Positions 1 through 12,290 of a stretch of 64,000 bases of DNA are shown piece by piece. The stretch is taken from the NCBI RefSeq assembly GCF_963921235.1, contig NC_086108.1, forward strand, positions 104,038,001 to 104,102,000, written 5' to 3'. Under the pieces are notes generated by a model. That model was not told where the DNA came from. It ran no database searches and was given only the letters and a program-made list of their open reading frames with translations. Source of the stretch: Mobula hypostoma. Lineage: Eukaryota. Each line of letters opens with the position of its first letter. Positions within the stretch are counted from its first letter, which is position 1. The position numbers and the translations under genes are program-made.

Positions 1-105
1 GATGGAGCTGAGTTTACGGACAGATCAGCCATGATCCTATTGAATGGCGGGGCAGGCTCGATGGGCTGGATGGCCTACTCCTGCTCCGATTTCTTATGTT
101 CTTAT
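1..105 (+). mobile_element. CR1-type LINE 3' end (truncated by window edge)
   Basis: Same 3' tail as other CR1 copies in the window (ATCAGCCATGAT...GAATGGCGG...CCTACTCCTGCTCC), ending in (TTCTTATG)n. Confidence 0.75.
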
Positions 106-164
106 GAACCTATTGACATGGTGACAATCCGGGTTCAGATTAATATATTATTATATGCACCAGA

Positions 165-345
165 GTGTTATGTAGTGACAGCTAGTGGTTAGCACACGCT
201 TTACAGTACAGCCGACCCGGGTCGCTGCATGTAAGGAGTTTGTATGTTCTCCCCGTGACCGCGTGGGTTTCCTCAGGGGTGCTCTGTTTTTTTTACCGAC
301 AGTCCAAAGATGTACAGGTTGGTTGGTTAATTGGTCCCATGATTA
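165..345 (+). mobile_element. tRNA-derived V-SINE/HE1-like SINE fragment
   Basis: TAGTGGTTAGC A-box-like head and V-domain core GGAGTTTGTATGTTCTCCCCGTGACCGCGTGGGTTTCC. Related copies at ~7180-7430 (-), 46460-46660 (-) and 46805-46915 (+). Confidence 0.7.
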
Positions 346-724
346 AACTCAGACTAAAATCAGCGGATTGCTGGGCTGGGCGGCGTGGCCATTCCGCGCT
401 GCATCTCAATACATAAAAAATTCCGCAGTCGCACGAAGAAACGGACAATTGCTTCAGAACCCTGACCGCAAGGACCAAAAAATGTTGTGTGATCACCCTT
501 GCTTCTGAGAGACTGTATGCACTGTCCCGACAACAACACGATGGCTGCATTTCCAGGACACCCTCGGTTTGCCAAAGGCGCCAATTAAATTCGAGGCTCG
601 CTCGGGTGCCTCCTCGTTCAAATTCAAGATAAATTTGACCTTTCCAGGCGCTACCGTTCCTTTTTAGGAGAAAGGCGACCAGGAGGAATGTTAAAAAGTT
701 TGCGTCAGTGTTGTTTGGGTACAT

Positions 725-810
725 GGGAAATGACGTTTGTGGATGTTCTGGAAAGAGCCAGATTTTTTTCCCCAGGAGCCGGGCGGAATGAGTTTTATAT
801 AAAGGCAGTT
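725..810 (+). promoter_or_regulatory. DNAJB4 core promoter: CRE-like site, imperfect heat-shock element, GC box, TATA box
   Basis: TGACGT 731-736; GGAtgTTCtgGAA 741-753; GGGCGG 781-786; TATATAAA 796-803, ~175 bp upstream of the ATG. Lies in a CpG-rich stretch (~350-1700). Confidence 0.65.
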
Positions 811-977
811 GCAGGCAGGGCAGGGTGAGTGAGTGAGTGAGTGAGCAAGCAAGCAGCATCAGAAGCTTATCAGCTCAACGTTGTGTGGCTGTCAGGAGTG
901 TATCAGGTAATTAACCTACAGGGCCAGTTCGGAGCCTTTGCCTGCTTTGAAGGGAGACCGCAGCCTTTCTGCGTACG

Positions 978-1188
978 ATGGGCAAAGATTATTACAGTAT
1001 TCTGGGGTTGCAGAGAGGAGCTTCCGACGATGAGATCAAGAAGGCTTACCGCAAGCAAGCACTGAAATGGCACCCGGATAAGAATAAGTCGCTCAACGCG
1101 GAGGACAGGTTCAAAGAGGTAGCAGAAGCCTACGAGGTGTTGAGCGACCCCAAGAAGAGGGAAATCTACGATCAGTTCGGAGAGGAAG
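978..1188 (+). CDS. DNAJB4: DnaJ homolog subfamily B member 4, coding exon 1 (J-domain)
   Basis: [11 protein letters not shown]...KWHPDKNK...[10 protein letters not shown]-domain with HPD motif; 211 nt, phase-1 donor AG|GTAAGA at 1189. Confidence 0.95.
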
Positions 1189-1909
1189 GTAAGAGGGGAT
1201 GAAGCAGGGATTTGGAGACCCGAGACGACCAGAGATTACAGCATAGGGCGGAATTCGATATGCCATTGCTGCAGTCGCCGATTTATTTAAGGGGAATGCA
1301 TGCGGACAATATTTAGTGACAGTCCACGTTTTTTTCCTTTATCAACAGTGATATGATGTCATTCTTTAAACCGCTCGTTGTTCCCGCAGTCCGGGGTTTT
1401 TAGGTTATTCGCCCGTTCCATCTATAACCTTCTGCCCAATGTTACGGGTTTTGAAGTGATTGTGATGATGCGCCTATTTAAAGTAAAACGCTCTGACTTG
1501 CGCAAAGTTCAAGAAACACATCGGTGCAAACGGCGATATGGGATTTTGGTTGTTTCCGAGTGTAGGAATGGCAGTGGGTCATTAAACTCTTGGTTTTGTG
1601 CTGCATTCCATTACATCATGGCTCAACCTCGCTTCCACTCCCAAGCACCAATCGCCGTATCACCCCTGCCTCTGCAGCTGGGCAACCACGACTAGACAGT
1701 CCCTGTAGTCACGGGGCATTCCTCAACCGCTTTTGAATTAGAGAGGGCCACTGTGTCTCATACCTCAGCAAAAAAAATGGCCTGTGGACACGTTCAAACT
1801 ATTGCCAACTCACCCCCATTTACTGTGCTACCTGGTGAGGTTGAACTTGTTAACACCATGGTGCCCTTAAGTAATTTTCCAAAGTGCTTTTGGTAACCAG
1901 TTACACACA

Positions 1910-3500
1910 AAATGATAGACGAACCCAACAGGTCAGGCAGCATCTACGTTTTGGTCTGAGACCCTTCATCATGATTGAAAAGGAAGGGGGAAGAAGCCAG
2001 AATAAGAAGCTGGGGGTGGGGGGTGATGGAGGGGAGGGGATGGAATACAAGCTAGAAGGTGATGGATGAAATCAGGTGGGTTGGGGAGGGTTATGAAGTG
2101 AGAAGCACGGAGTTAACAAGTGGATAAAGTGAAGGGCAGCAGAAGAAGGAATCTGATAGAGTGAAACATGGGGAAAAGGGGAAGGAGAAGGGACACCAGA
2201 GGGTGATAGACGATTGAGGGGAAGAGATGGGGTAAGAGACAGAGCCAGAATGGGGGATTTCCTTCTTCAGCTCTGCCAGACTGTCTCAATTAGAGTCATA
2301 GAACACTACAGCATAGAAACAGGCCATTTGGCCCAACTAGTCTGTGCTGAATTATTTATCTGCCCAGTCCCATTGATCTGTACCTGGGCCATAGCAACCC
2401 CCCCCCTTACCCCTCCCAATCATGTACTTATCCAAATTTCTCTTAAATGTTAAAATCGACCCCATATCCACCATTTCCACTGGCAGCTTGTTCGACACTC
2501 CCATCACCCTCTGAGTGTAGAAATTCCCCCTCATGTTCCCCTTAAACATTTCACCTTTCACCCTTAACCTATTGCCTCTATTTCTAGTCATTCCATCACC
2601 AAGCACATTTTTCCCTCTTTCCCCCCCACTCAACTTTCTGCTTTCCACAGGGATCGTTCCCTATGTGACTCCATTGTCCATTCGTCCATCCCCCATGGAT
2701 TTCCCTCCTGGCACTTATCCTTGCAAGCAGAACAAGTGCTACACCTGCCCCTACACTTCCTCCCCCCCATTACCGTTCAGCGCCCCGAACAGTCCTTCCA
2801 GATGAGGTGGCAGTTCACATGAGAGTCTGTTGGGGTCATCTACTCTATCTGGTGCTCCCGGTGTACATAACTTCCCAACTCAGTACATTGACTTATGAAG
2901 GCCAATGTGCCAAAAGTTGTCTTTTTTTGACCCTAACTACCTGTGACACCACTTTCAATGAATTATGGACCTCTATTCCCAGTTCCCTTTGTTCTGCTAC
3001 AATCCTCAGTGCCCTACCACTCACCATGTAAGATCTACTCTAGTCGGTCCACCCTAAGTACAATACCTCTTTTCTGCATTATATTCCATCTGCCATTTTT
3101 CAGCTGCTCCAGATCCCGCTGCAAGCTTTGATAGTCTTCCTCACTTCCCATTACACCCCCAATCTTAGTGTCATCTGCAAATTTGATGGTCTAGTTTACC
3201 ATATTATTATCCTGATATAGATGACAAACAACAATGGACCCAACGTCAATCCCTGCGGCACACCACTAGTCACAGGTCTCCAGTCAGAGAGGTAGCCATC
3301 TACAACCACTATGTGGCTTCTCCTGCAAAGCCAGTGACTAATCCAATTTACTACCTCATCTTGAACCTTCCAGACCAACCTCCCACACTGGGACCTTGTC
3401 AAAGGCCTTGCTAAAGTCCATGCAGACAATATCCCCAGCCTTTGCCTTCATCAACTTTCCTGGTAACTTCCTATAAAAGCTCTATAAGATTGATTATTGT
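1910..3500. mobile_element. Intron 1 repeat cluster: Penelope pLTR (-), CR1 3' piece (-), Penelope GIY-YIG piece (+), CR1 RT piece (-)
   Basis: PPGTYPCKQNKCYTCPYT at ~2700-2760 (Penelope); [25 protein letters not shown] in ORF 3196..3429 (-) (CR1 RT); GNFYTQRVMGVSNKLP in ORF 2352..2648 (-). Confidence 0.8.
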
Positions 3501-3781
3501 GCATGTCCTTTGCCTAGCATATGTCTTATCATTCATCAGATTGAAATTGCCAGTGGATCTCCCTTATGACAGATGCCTTCAATTAGTTGGAGGTGGCGAG
3601 TGGCGGGGAAATGAATGGAGGGAAATAGTTTGGGTTAGAAGAGAAAGCTCTATGATAAATGATAAGTTGGGTTAAGGGAGGAAGGAGAATTTGATTCGCA
3701 ATTGTATCAGCTTGTAAGTCTTTGCACACTGTTTAGGCATGGCCATAGGCGGACAAAGTAAATATTTTTTCTTTATTACAG

Positions 3782-4362
3782 GTTTGAAAGGAGGCGCTGG
3801 TGGGAGTGATGACCAGGGAGGAACGTTCCGGTACACTTTCCACGGAGACCCTCACGCCACCTTTGCTGCATTCTTCAATGGTGTCAATCCCTTCGAGATG
3901 TTCTTTGGAAGGAGGATGGCAAACGGCCAACATGAAGAAGCCATGGATGTGGACTCTGATATTTTCAGCCACTTTGGAGGCTTTAGCATGAATAACTTCC
4001 CTAGGGAACGGCACCGAGGAGGGATGATGGGACAGATGCATCGCAAACAGGACCCCCCCATCATCCACGAGCTCCGAGTGTCCTTGGAGGAGATCTACAA
4101 TGGCTCCACCAAGAGGATGAAGATTTCCAGGAAGCGACTGAATCCTGATGGCCGGAGCCTCAGGATGGAGGACAAAATACTAACTATTGAAATCAAAAAG
4201 GGCTGGAAGGAGGGAACTAAGATCACATTCCCAAAGGAAGGCGATGAAATGCCCAACACGATTCCAGCAGACGTAGTTTTTGTACTGAAGGATAAACCTC
4301 ATCCCCACTTCAAGAGGGACGGATCGAATATTGTCTATCATGCTCGAGTCAACTTGCGGGAG
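3782..4362 (+). CDS. DNAJB4: DNAJB4 coding exon 2 (G/F-rich region and C-terminal domain I)
   Basis: Acceptor TTTTTTCTTTATTACAG|G at 3781; GLKGGAGGSDDQGGTFRYTFHGDPHATFAAFF (DNAJB4-type) ... KGWKEGTKITFP ... VNLRE; donor GAG|GTATGT at 4363; 211+581=792 nt keeps the frame. Confidence 0.95.
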
Positions 4363-5224
4363 GTATGTTCTGCTGAGGTGTCATTTCTATTTGTAATGTG
4401 AGATGGTTTCCTTTTTCTTTCTCTGTATGCTGGATGAGTTGCACTTGAAGCATTTCCTTCCCGCTCTTCCATGTGCCCAAGAATACTGAGCTCTGCCAGT
4501 TCTTGTTTCTAGCATATTCCCTTCTTTTTCCTTTCAACTTGAGCTTCAGAATTCTCTCTCGAAACTCCTTACCGCTCCTTTTAAGAGCTTTAATAAAATT
4601 AACCTTTTTTTTTTAGCTTTTATACCCACTCTCAAAATTACTTCGAGTGCTTCAACTCAGATATTAAAATAGTTTATATTCTTGACATCTTACCCTGCAT
4701 AAATGCAAAATGGTATTTCTGTAAAAACTGTTTGCAAGTCATGGAGGTTCAGGTGACTGCGGATTCTGGAATCTGGAGCAAAAAGTAATTAACTGTCGGA
4801 ATTTGGTAAGTCAGGCAGCATCTGTAGAGGGAAATGGACAGTTGATGTTTTGTACCCAGAATGCTGACTGTTTATTTCTCTCTATAGATGCTGCCTGACT
4901 AGCTGAGTTCCTCCAACGTTTATTTATTGCAAGTCCTCTTTGACAGATTGGCCTGATGAAGTATTTAGCAAGGGCAGTAATATAATGACCATCTGTGAAT
5001 GCTGTCCTTCCCTCACCACCAACCTCACCTCTCCAAACAAAACGAGTAGTCTGGGCTTAACGAAAATCCCCAAGTAAAGTTTTGATATTCAAAGGCCTGT
5101 TTATGGTGAGGAAAGAGCAGCACTCACAGATAGTTATGCTATCACTGCCCTTTGCTTAATTCCTTATCAGGACTTTCAGTCCAGGAGGAGTTGAAATAAG
5201 CAAATGCTGGAGGAACTCAGCAAG

Positions 5225-5825
5225 TTGTAAAGAAAGTGTTTGGCACAATGGCCTTCATAAATCAATGTACAGGAGATTGGATGTTATGTTGAAGTTGTAT
5301 AAAACATTGGTGAGGCCTAATTTGGAGTATTGTGTGCAGTTTTGGTCACCTACCAACAGAAAGGATGAATGAGTACGGATAAAATTTACAAGGATGTTGC
5401 CAGGTCTGGAAGATCTAAGTTGTAAGTAAAAATTGATTAGGTTGGGACTATTCCTTGGAATGTATAGTATTAAGAGGAAGTTTGATGGAGGGATGCAAAA
5501 TTATGCGGGAGATAGACAGGGTACATGCAAACAGGCTTTTTCCACTGAGGTCAGGTGGGATTACAATAAGAGGTTATAGGTTCAGGGTGAAAGGTGAAAA
5601 GTTTAAGGGGAACATGAGGGGAAACTTCTTCATTCAGAGGGTTGTGAGAGCGTGGAATGAGCTGCCAGCACAAATTCAGATAGGTACAAGGATGGTAGGA
5701 GTATGGTGGGCTATGGTCCTGGTGCAGGTCGATGGGAGTAGGCAGTTTAAATGGTTCAGCAAAGACTAGATGGGCCGAAGGACCTGTTTCTGTGCTGTAT
5801 TTTCTATGACCCTCTGACTCTATGA
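5225..5825 (+). mobile_element. CR1 LINE 3' fragment (degenerate)
   Basis: LVRPNLEYCVQFWSP-like and GNFFIQRVVRAWNELP motifs followed by the CR1 3' tail. Confidence 0.8.
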
Positions 5826-6787
5826 GTTAGGCAGCAGCTTTGCAGGGGAATAAACAGTCTGTTTCAGGTCCATAACATAGGAGCAGAATTAAGCTACTCA
5901 GTCCATCGAGTCTGCTCTGCCATTCCATCGTGGCCGAGTTATTATCTCACTCAACCCCGTTCTCTGCAACCTTTGACATCCTGACTAATCGAGAACCTAT
6001 CAATCTCTGCTTTAAATTCACACGGTGACTTGGCCTCCACAGCGGTCTGTGGCCAACTACACTTGGTTTTCAGAAGCTATAAATAAAGCCATCTGATTTT
6101 CGGAATTGTCTTTTTTATTTTGAGTTCATCCAACGTAGTAATAGTTATACCCCTACTCCTAGCAAAAAGGTTATGGGGATTAGAATATCATGAGGCTGAG
6201 TGCTGAACTGTGCCAAGCTGGAAATTACATAAAATTAGGTGGAGAGCCGAGGTGTAATTTTTCCAATTGGTTTCAGGGGGAGGTGATCAGATCCCTTGCA
6301 TGAATTTAACATGTAAAGAAGAATTCATGCCAAAAAGATATAGGTTTAAAAAAAAAAGCAATGTCAACATTGGACTGCACTCCCCCTGGGTCCCCTCCTC
6401 CTTCCCTTTCTCCTGTGGTCCACTCTCCTCCCCTTATCAGATTCTTTCTACTCCAGTCCTTGACTTCTTCCACCCACTTGGCTTCACCTGTCACCTTCCA
6501 GCTAGCCTCCTTCCCCTCCCCCCACCTTTTCCAGTCTGCTGTCTTCCCCCTTCCTTCTCAGTCCTGAAGAAACATTTTGACCCATAACATTGACTGTTTA
6601 TTCATTTCCATAGATGCTGCCATAAAAATCATAGATAATTTGATCTGGTGTCAGGTCCACTTTCCTGCCCAGGTAGTCATAAACCTAGGCCTCCCATAGA
6701 CCAAAATTTGGTCTATCTCATCCTTAGTTTCAGTTTTGGATCTCCCCCTCCCCCTCTCACTTTCAAATCTCTTACTAGCTCTTCTTT

Positions 6788-6828
6788 CAGTTAGTCTGAC
6801 GAAGGGTCTCGGCCCGAAACGTCCACTG
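6788..6828 (+). ncRNA. Minimal type I hammerhead ribozyme motif (Penelope pLTR)
   Basis: CTGACGA (6796-6802)-A-stem II GGGTC/GGCCC-GAAAC (6816-6820)-GTC triplet (6821-6823). Stem I is imperfect in this copy. Confidence 0.6.
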
Positions 6829-6977
6829 TACCTCTTCCTAGAGATGCTGCCTGGCCTGCTGCATTCACCAGCAACTTTGATGTGTGTTGCTTAGTTTTAG
6901 TTTTAGCCTTAGCCACTGCCTAGTTAACACTTCCCCTGCCCCCACCTTTTTATTCTGGCATCTTCCCCCTTCCTTTC

Positions 6978-7015
6978 CAGTCTTAATGAAGGGTCTCAGC
7001 CCGAAACGTCGACTG
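6978..7015 (+). ncRNA. Degenerate minimal hammerhead motif (core mutated, stem I intact)
   Basis: CAGTC-TTAATGA-AGGGTCTCAGCCC-GAAAC-GTC-GACTG; perfect CAGTC/GACTG stem I but CTGATGA has become TTAATGA. Confidence 0.45.
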
Positions 7016-10000
7016 TTTATTCATTTCCATAAACGCTGCCTGACCTGCTGAGTTCCTCCAGCATTTGTGTGTGTGTGTGTGTGTGAGCATTAACGATGTG
7101 AAGTACACAAAAGTAAATCATTTTCTTTTTAAAAAAAAACGATCTTGTAGGCCTCTTCAAAGGATTTTCTAAGTATTTTATTTAGAGATACAGCAAGGTT
7201 ACAGGAACTCCCAGCCCAACAAGCCCACAGTGACAAGTGACACCCATGTGACCAATTAAGCTGCTAACTGGTACACTTTTGGAATGTGGGAGGAAAGCAG
7301 GGCATCCTGAGGAAATCCATATGGTCAGAGAAGAATGTAGAAACTCCTTACAGAGAGAGTTGGGAATTGAAGCCAGGTCACTGGCCCTGTAAACTTCATG
7401 CTAACCGCTATGCTGCTGTGCTGCCCTTTATTGTCTGTAGTCACAAATATAATACAGGGACCAATCTGCATGCAGATTGATCCCTCAACCGGATATTAAC
7501 TAAATAATTCATTTGATGCAGTTGGTTTAGAAATAATTATCAGCCGGGGAGATTGTAACACACTGCTGCGAATCCTGACAGATTTGAAACTGAGAATGGA
7601 TTATAAAGGCAGAAAATGCTTATAATGTTATCTTGATTAGTGTGCAGAAATGCTTCCTTTAGATGAAGGAAGAGATTATTTGGGTATAATTTGAAATGTC
7701 ATTCAATCATGGCTGAGTTATTTTTCCTATCACGCAGCGATGTCATCTGAAAGGAGATTAAAAGTTGTGAAACACAGGGCACATATGAACCATTAGACCA
7801 TAAGACGTAAGAGTAGAATTAGGCCATTTGATGATGCCTGATTTATTATCCCTCGCAACCTCATTCTCCTTCCTTGTCCCTGTAACCTTGGATGTCCTTA
7901 ATAATCAAAAACCTATCAACCTTCACTTTAAAGTACCCAGTGACTTGGCCTCCACCGCCGTCTGTGATTATGAATTCCACATCTTTGTCACAAAGTGTAT
8001 GAGAATTGTACACAACGGTTTAGAAATCATTGATTGTGTTTTAGCCAGAGTCTTGTATCCAGAGTTGGCAATTACACTTCAGAATTAGAATAGATTTATC
8101 ATTACTGACGTATGCCATAACATATGTTGTTCTGTGGCAACAGTACGCTTAAGTTACAATAAGAAATATATAAATAAATAGTGCAATAAGAGGGCAAAAT
8201 AGTGAAGAGAACAAAATACTTTAGGGAGAATGTCAAGACTTAAAAAGGGTACAGTGGAAATGTTACTAAACTGGTATCAAGACTACGGGAGTTTAATGTG
8301 GAGAGATTGGAAAAAATGTCAGTGCTCCTTGGCACAAAGAAAATTATGAAGATGCTTGATCGAATTGTTTAAAAATTACGTGGGGTTCTAGGGAAATTCA
8401 AAGGTGGAACAATTTTCACTGGGTCAGAACCCTAAAGATTTAACATCTTTGTCAAAACAATATCAGTGAAGAGTAGAGAATGGTTGCTTGTGTAGTGATA
8501 TGCCAAGGTCTGGAATGTACTGCCTGTAAGGGGGAGGATGTAGATTCTTAGCAACTTTCCAAAGCAATTGGATAAATGCTTTGAGGAGGAAGAAAATTAC
8601 AGAGCAGTGGGTAAAGGAGCAGGGAAGTGCCACTAATTGAGTATCTGTCTTGTAGACTTCATGACATGTCGGTTTGACTAACCCTCTGTACCACATCATG
8701 TCTCAGACTTCACTGCAATAAATTAGATTCATCAAACTTATTTGGCAGGTTTGGGGAGGTACAGTAAATACAGCTGCACCAGTTTTGCAGTGTGATAGAA
8801 ACAGAATTGCCCAGCCAGGTTGTCGACAGAAACAAAGACAAATCTTAGGGGGTTCTCATGCATAGATGCTGCTTAGTTCAGGTAGCATTGGTCGAAAGAT
8901 AAGTAGTCAATGTTTTGGGTCTTGCGACGCCATGTAATTAAGTGCTAAATTATCTGCCCCATATGTTGCATACAGCGGGAAAGGCCTTCACCCTGTTTAA
9001 TTGCTCCAATGTCCTGTTGAGATAGTTTCCTTGCTGAATGATTGCAGAACTGGATTCCCCTCTACCTTGTTTATGATCTTGCTCCGTATTATCTACCTGC
9101 ACTGCACTTTCTCTGTATTCTGCACTGTTACTATGCTTTACCTCAATGCTCTGTTGTAAAGTAGTTTATCTGTAATGACGGTGTGCAACGCCAGCTTTTC
9201 ACCGCACCTCGGTGCACACGGTAAATAAACCGCTTTACCCCACAATCAGCTAAAAGAAATGATGCCTCAAGATTTTGAACAGTCAGCTCACCAGTAACTC
9301 TACACTAATGGGGGGCACAGCTACAGTGACATTATAACTAAAGCCATTCCTTACTGCGAACATGTCAGGCACATCGCAGCTTAACCTTCCCTACTCAAAG
9401 GAGAACGATGGCTTCTCCATTTCACTGAGGCCAACCGTACAAAGATTCCTCCCCAAGTCTCTTTATATTTAGCAACTTGCCTCCGAGTGGCAACTTCCAG
9501 AAGCTGCTGGGAAAAACAATCCTTGTTAATCGCACAGGACCAGCCCGGCTCCCCAAAATATTTGGAGATTCACCTGTGAAATTTTGCCCTGGAGAAGCAA
9601 GGAGCAAAAACAACAAGTTGTCTAAATGAAGGCTCTGGGGTCGAATTGTTGACAGTCCATTTCCCTCCACAGGAATTGCCTGATCCACTGAGTTCCTTCA
9701 GCTGCACAGCCTCAGAATATAAGGACGTCCCTTGAGAACAGAGATGAGGAGGAATTTCTTTAGCCAGAAGTTGTGAATCTGTGGAATTCATTGCCACAGG
9801 TGGCTGTGGAAGCCAAGTGACTGAGTATAATTAAAGTAGATGTTGATAAGTTCTTGATTAGTAAGGATGTCAAAGGCTATGGGGAGAAGGCAGGAGAATG
9901 GAGTTGAGGGGGATAATAAATCAAACGTGATGGAATGGCAGAGCAGACTTGATAGACCGAATAGCCTAATTCTGCTTTGATGTCTAATGGTCAAGCTCAT

Positions 10001-10440
10001 TTTTTTATTTTTTGACTCCAGATTCCAGTTTTTGTGTCAAGTTAGTTCAATTAAGCTCATCAACCCTACTGGGACAGAGACTGCTAACAGCAACTCGCTA
10101 GAGTTCTCTGTCCTGGGCCAGTCTATCAAGTTGACCCCAGGCATCATATGCCTTCTAGGCGAAGATCCTCCCTCTCCCAAGGATGTGGGCTTTGGAGCTC
10201 CCGTAGTCCCATGCCCAACCCTCCTTATACACCCAGACTTGGGACTGTCCACGGCAGAGTTGTGTCAACAAGAACCTGTCCCTTATTAATGAAATGCAAT
10301 GCTGGTAACCCTATGCACAGAAATCTTTCTCATCAAGAATAGCTTTTTATAAATAAGGGATGCCCATTTTTATGTTGGCAGTGAGGGTTGTTGACCTAAC
10401 CAGAGAACTGCAAACATTGAATGTTTAACTTCAGGACATC

Positions 10441-10940
10441 TAGTCATAGTCATAGTCATACTTTATTGATCCCGGGGGAAACTGGTTTTCGTTACAGTTG
10501 TACCATAAATAATAAATAGTGGTAGAACCATAAATAGTTAAATAGTAATATGTAAATTATGCCAGTAAATTATGAAATAAGTCTAGGACCAGCCTATTGG
10601 CTCAGGGTGTCTGACCCTCCAAGGGAGGAGTTGTTAAGTTTGATGGCCACAGGCAGGAATGACTTCCTATGACGCTCTGTGCTGCATCTCGGTGGAATGA
10701 GTCTCTGGCTGAATGTACTCCTGTGCCCACCCAGTACATTATGTAGTGGATGGGAGACATTGTCCAAGATGGCATGCAACTTAGACAGCATCCTCTTTTC
10801 AGACACCGCCGTCAGAGAGTCCAGTTCCATCCCCACAACATCACTGGCCTTACGAATGAGTTTGTTGATTCTGTTGGTGTCTGCTACCCTCAGCCTGCTG
10901 CCCCAGCACACAACAGCAAACACAGACTCGTAGAACATCC
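10441..10940 (-). mobile_element. Young Rex1/Babar-type LINE 3' fragment
   Basis: Open frame MFYESVFAVVCWGSRLRVADTNRINKLIRKASDVVG...RCSTERHRKSFLPVAIKL; (TATGAC)n tail; near-identical to the copy at 31897-32128. Confidence 0.8.
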
Positions 10941-11146
10941 TCACCCTTCCCTTCCAGTCCCGATGAACGATCTCAGCCCAAAACATTGATTGTTTATTCC
11001 CCTCCATAGATGAAGTATCTGTTTCTTTTTCTGCCCCACCATCTGGGAGAGGGGTCATTAAGAAGCAAAACTAATTACTTGATACAAACGAAACCTCTCG
11101 GTGCTATTGATATTCTTTCCAAATAACTATTTCCTTTCCATTATAG

Positions 11147-11380
11147 GCTTTATGTGGTTGTACAATTCACGTGCCCACCATGGAAGGCAGATCCGTCTCG
11201 TTAACGACACAGGAAGTGATTAAGCCGGGCACAAGAAAGCGGATAAGCGGCAAAGGGTTGCCATTCTCAAAAAACCCCAACCAACGAGGTGATCTCATTG
11301 TGGAGTTTGAGGTCACCTTCCCAGACTTTATATCCACATCATCCAGAGAGGTGCTGAGGCAACATTTACCCCTGTCGTAG
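11147..11380 (+). CDS. DNAJB4: DNAJB4 coding exon 3 (C-terminal domain II and dimerisation end)
   Basis: Acceptor [34 protein letters not shown]...[25 protein letters not shown]...[13 protein letters not shown]; total 341 aa. Confidence 0.95.
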   Translation, partial: ALCGCTIHVPTMEGRSVSLTTQEVIKPGTRKRISGKGLPFSKNPNQRGDLIVEFEVTFPDFISTSSREVLRQHLPLS

Positions 11381-11956
11381 ATGGGAGGACTAATTCCGTT
11401 TCACAGTAGTATCACACTCCTATACATAGTGAAGTATTGTGCTTGCACACCCTAAGGAGAAGCATCAGTGACTGTTTCAAGAGATTTTTCAAGCAGCAAT
11501 AACTTTTTGTCATGTTCTTAAAAGGCAAGCTTTTCACTGTGTTCTGCTGGGTGCATATGTGGAACTTTTTGTATGTTTTTTTTTTATTTAGCAAATTGTG
11601 TATGTAGACATGAAGGCTGGCTGACTTAAGCCAGTATCCATTAAAAGACTGTCAGAGAAACCAATTCTAACATGTCAATGTGAATGGTCCATTCAAGAAC
11701 TTGTTCTCAAGGATGAATTTCCAGGATTTGGAATGCACTATGTGCTATTAGCAACATGATGTCACTTTACCCATCATATAATGTGTTTTTAAAAAAAATC
11801 TGTTTGGCACTTTTGTAAAGAAATGTACTATAAATCATTTAATATGTCCATCACAAAATAATTTGAGCCCTTATTTCTGTACACTGCCAATTAACGCCAG
11901 CTGCTTGGACAAATGACAACATGATATTTAATAAGATTAAGGTGCAGATTTATTTA

Positions 11957-12290
11957 ACTGACTTACTTACCTAATTCCAGTTCCGTCGCCGGTGTTTAGA
12001 GCAGCAACGAAGGTTCTTCAGCTCCGGCAGTATTCAAGTCTCCATCGTGTCGGTAGCTCAGTTTTCGCTACCAGTCAGAGTTGTTAGCCCTGTGATGAGC
12101 ACCGCTCCCCTCCCCCCTGGGAGGTCCGGCCGACTACTCTTAGCCTGGCCTTTACCCTTTGACCTGCATGTCATGGGTGACCCTACCAAGAGCCAAAGCA
12201 TAAAGCCCTGACTCCAGCCAACGTAGCTTTCCGGGTCATTGAGCGCCCAAACATAGAAATGCAATGACAAGGTTGTGGTCCTCTTGGAAG
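11957..12290 (-). mobile_element. Short non-autonomous RTE-type retroelement in putative 3' UTR
   Basis: Perfect 11-bp direct repeat AGATTTATTTA at 11946-11956 and 12291-12301; (TAAG)n-like tail on the minus strand. Confidence 0.65.

Larger units (their letters stand above)
6385..7085 (+). mobile_element. Three tandem Penelope pLTR-derived fragments in DNAJB4 intron 2
   Basis: Pyrimidine-rich tract + (CTGANGA)AGGGTCTCGGCCCGAAAC + GATGCTGCCTG(A/G)CCTGCTG tail; the same tail ends the GIY-YIG-bearing Penelope at 30085-31392. Confidence 0.75.

Noticed and set aside
165..345. tRNA gene
   Set aside because: Decayed tRNA-like head continues into a V-SINE body; no cloverleaf.
293..859. 188-aa minus-strand ORF over the promoter
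   Set aside because: Non-ATG start, no recognisable domain; expected by chance in a GC-rich promoter.
3739..4401. 220-aa ORF as a stand-alone J-less protein
   Set aside because: It is exon 2 plus intronic read-through; canonical splice sites at 3781 and 4363 explain it.
978..11380. Assignment as DNAJB1 or DNAJB5
   Set aside because: Linker GLKGGAGG..QGGTFRYTFHGDPHATFAAFF, FFGRRM and the C-terminal ..EVLRQHLP match DNAJB4 as I recall it; a reciprocal BLAST would confirm.
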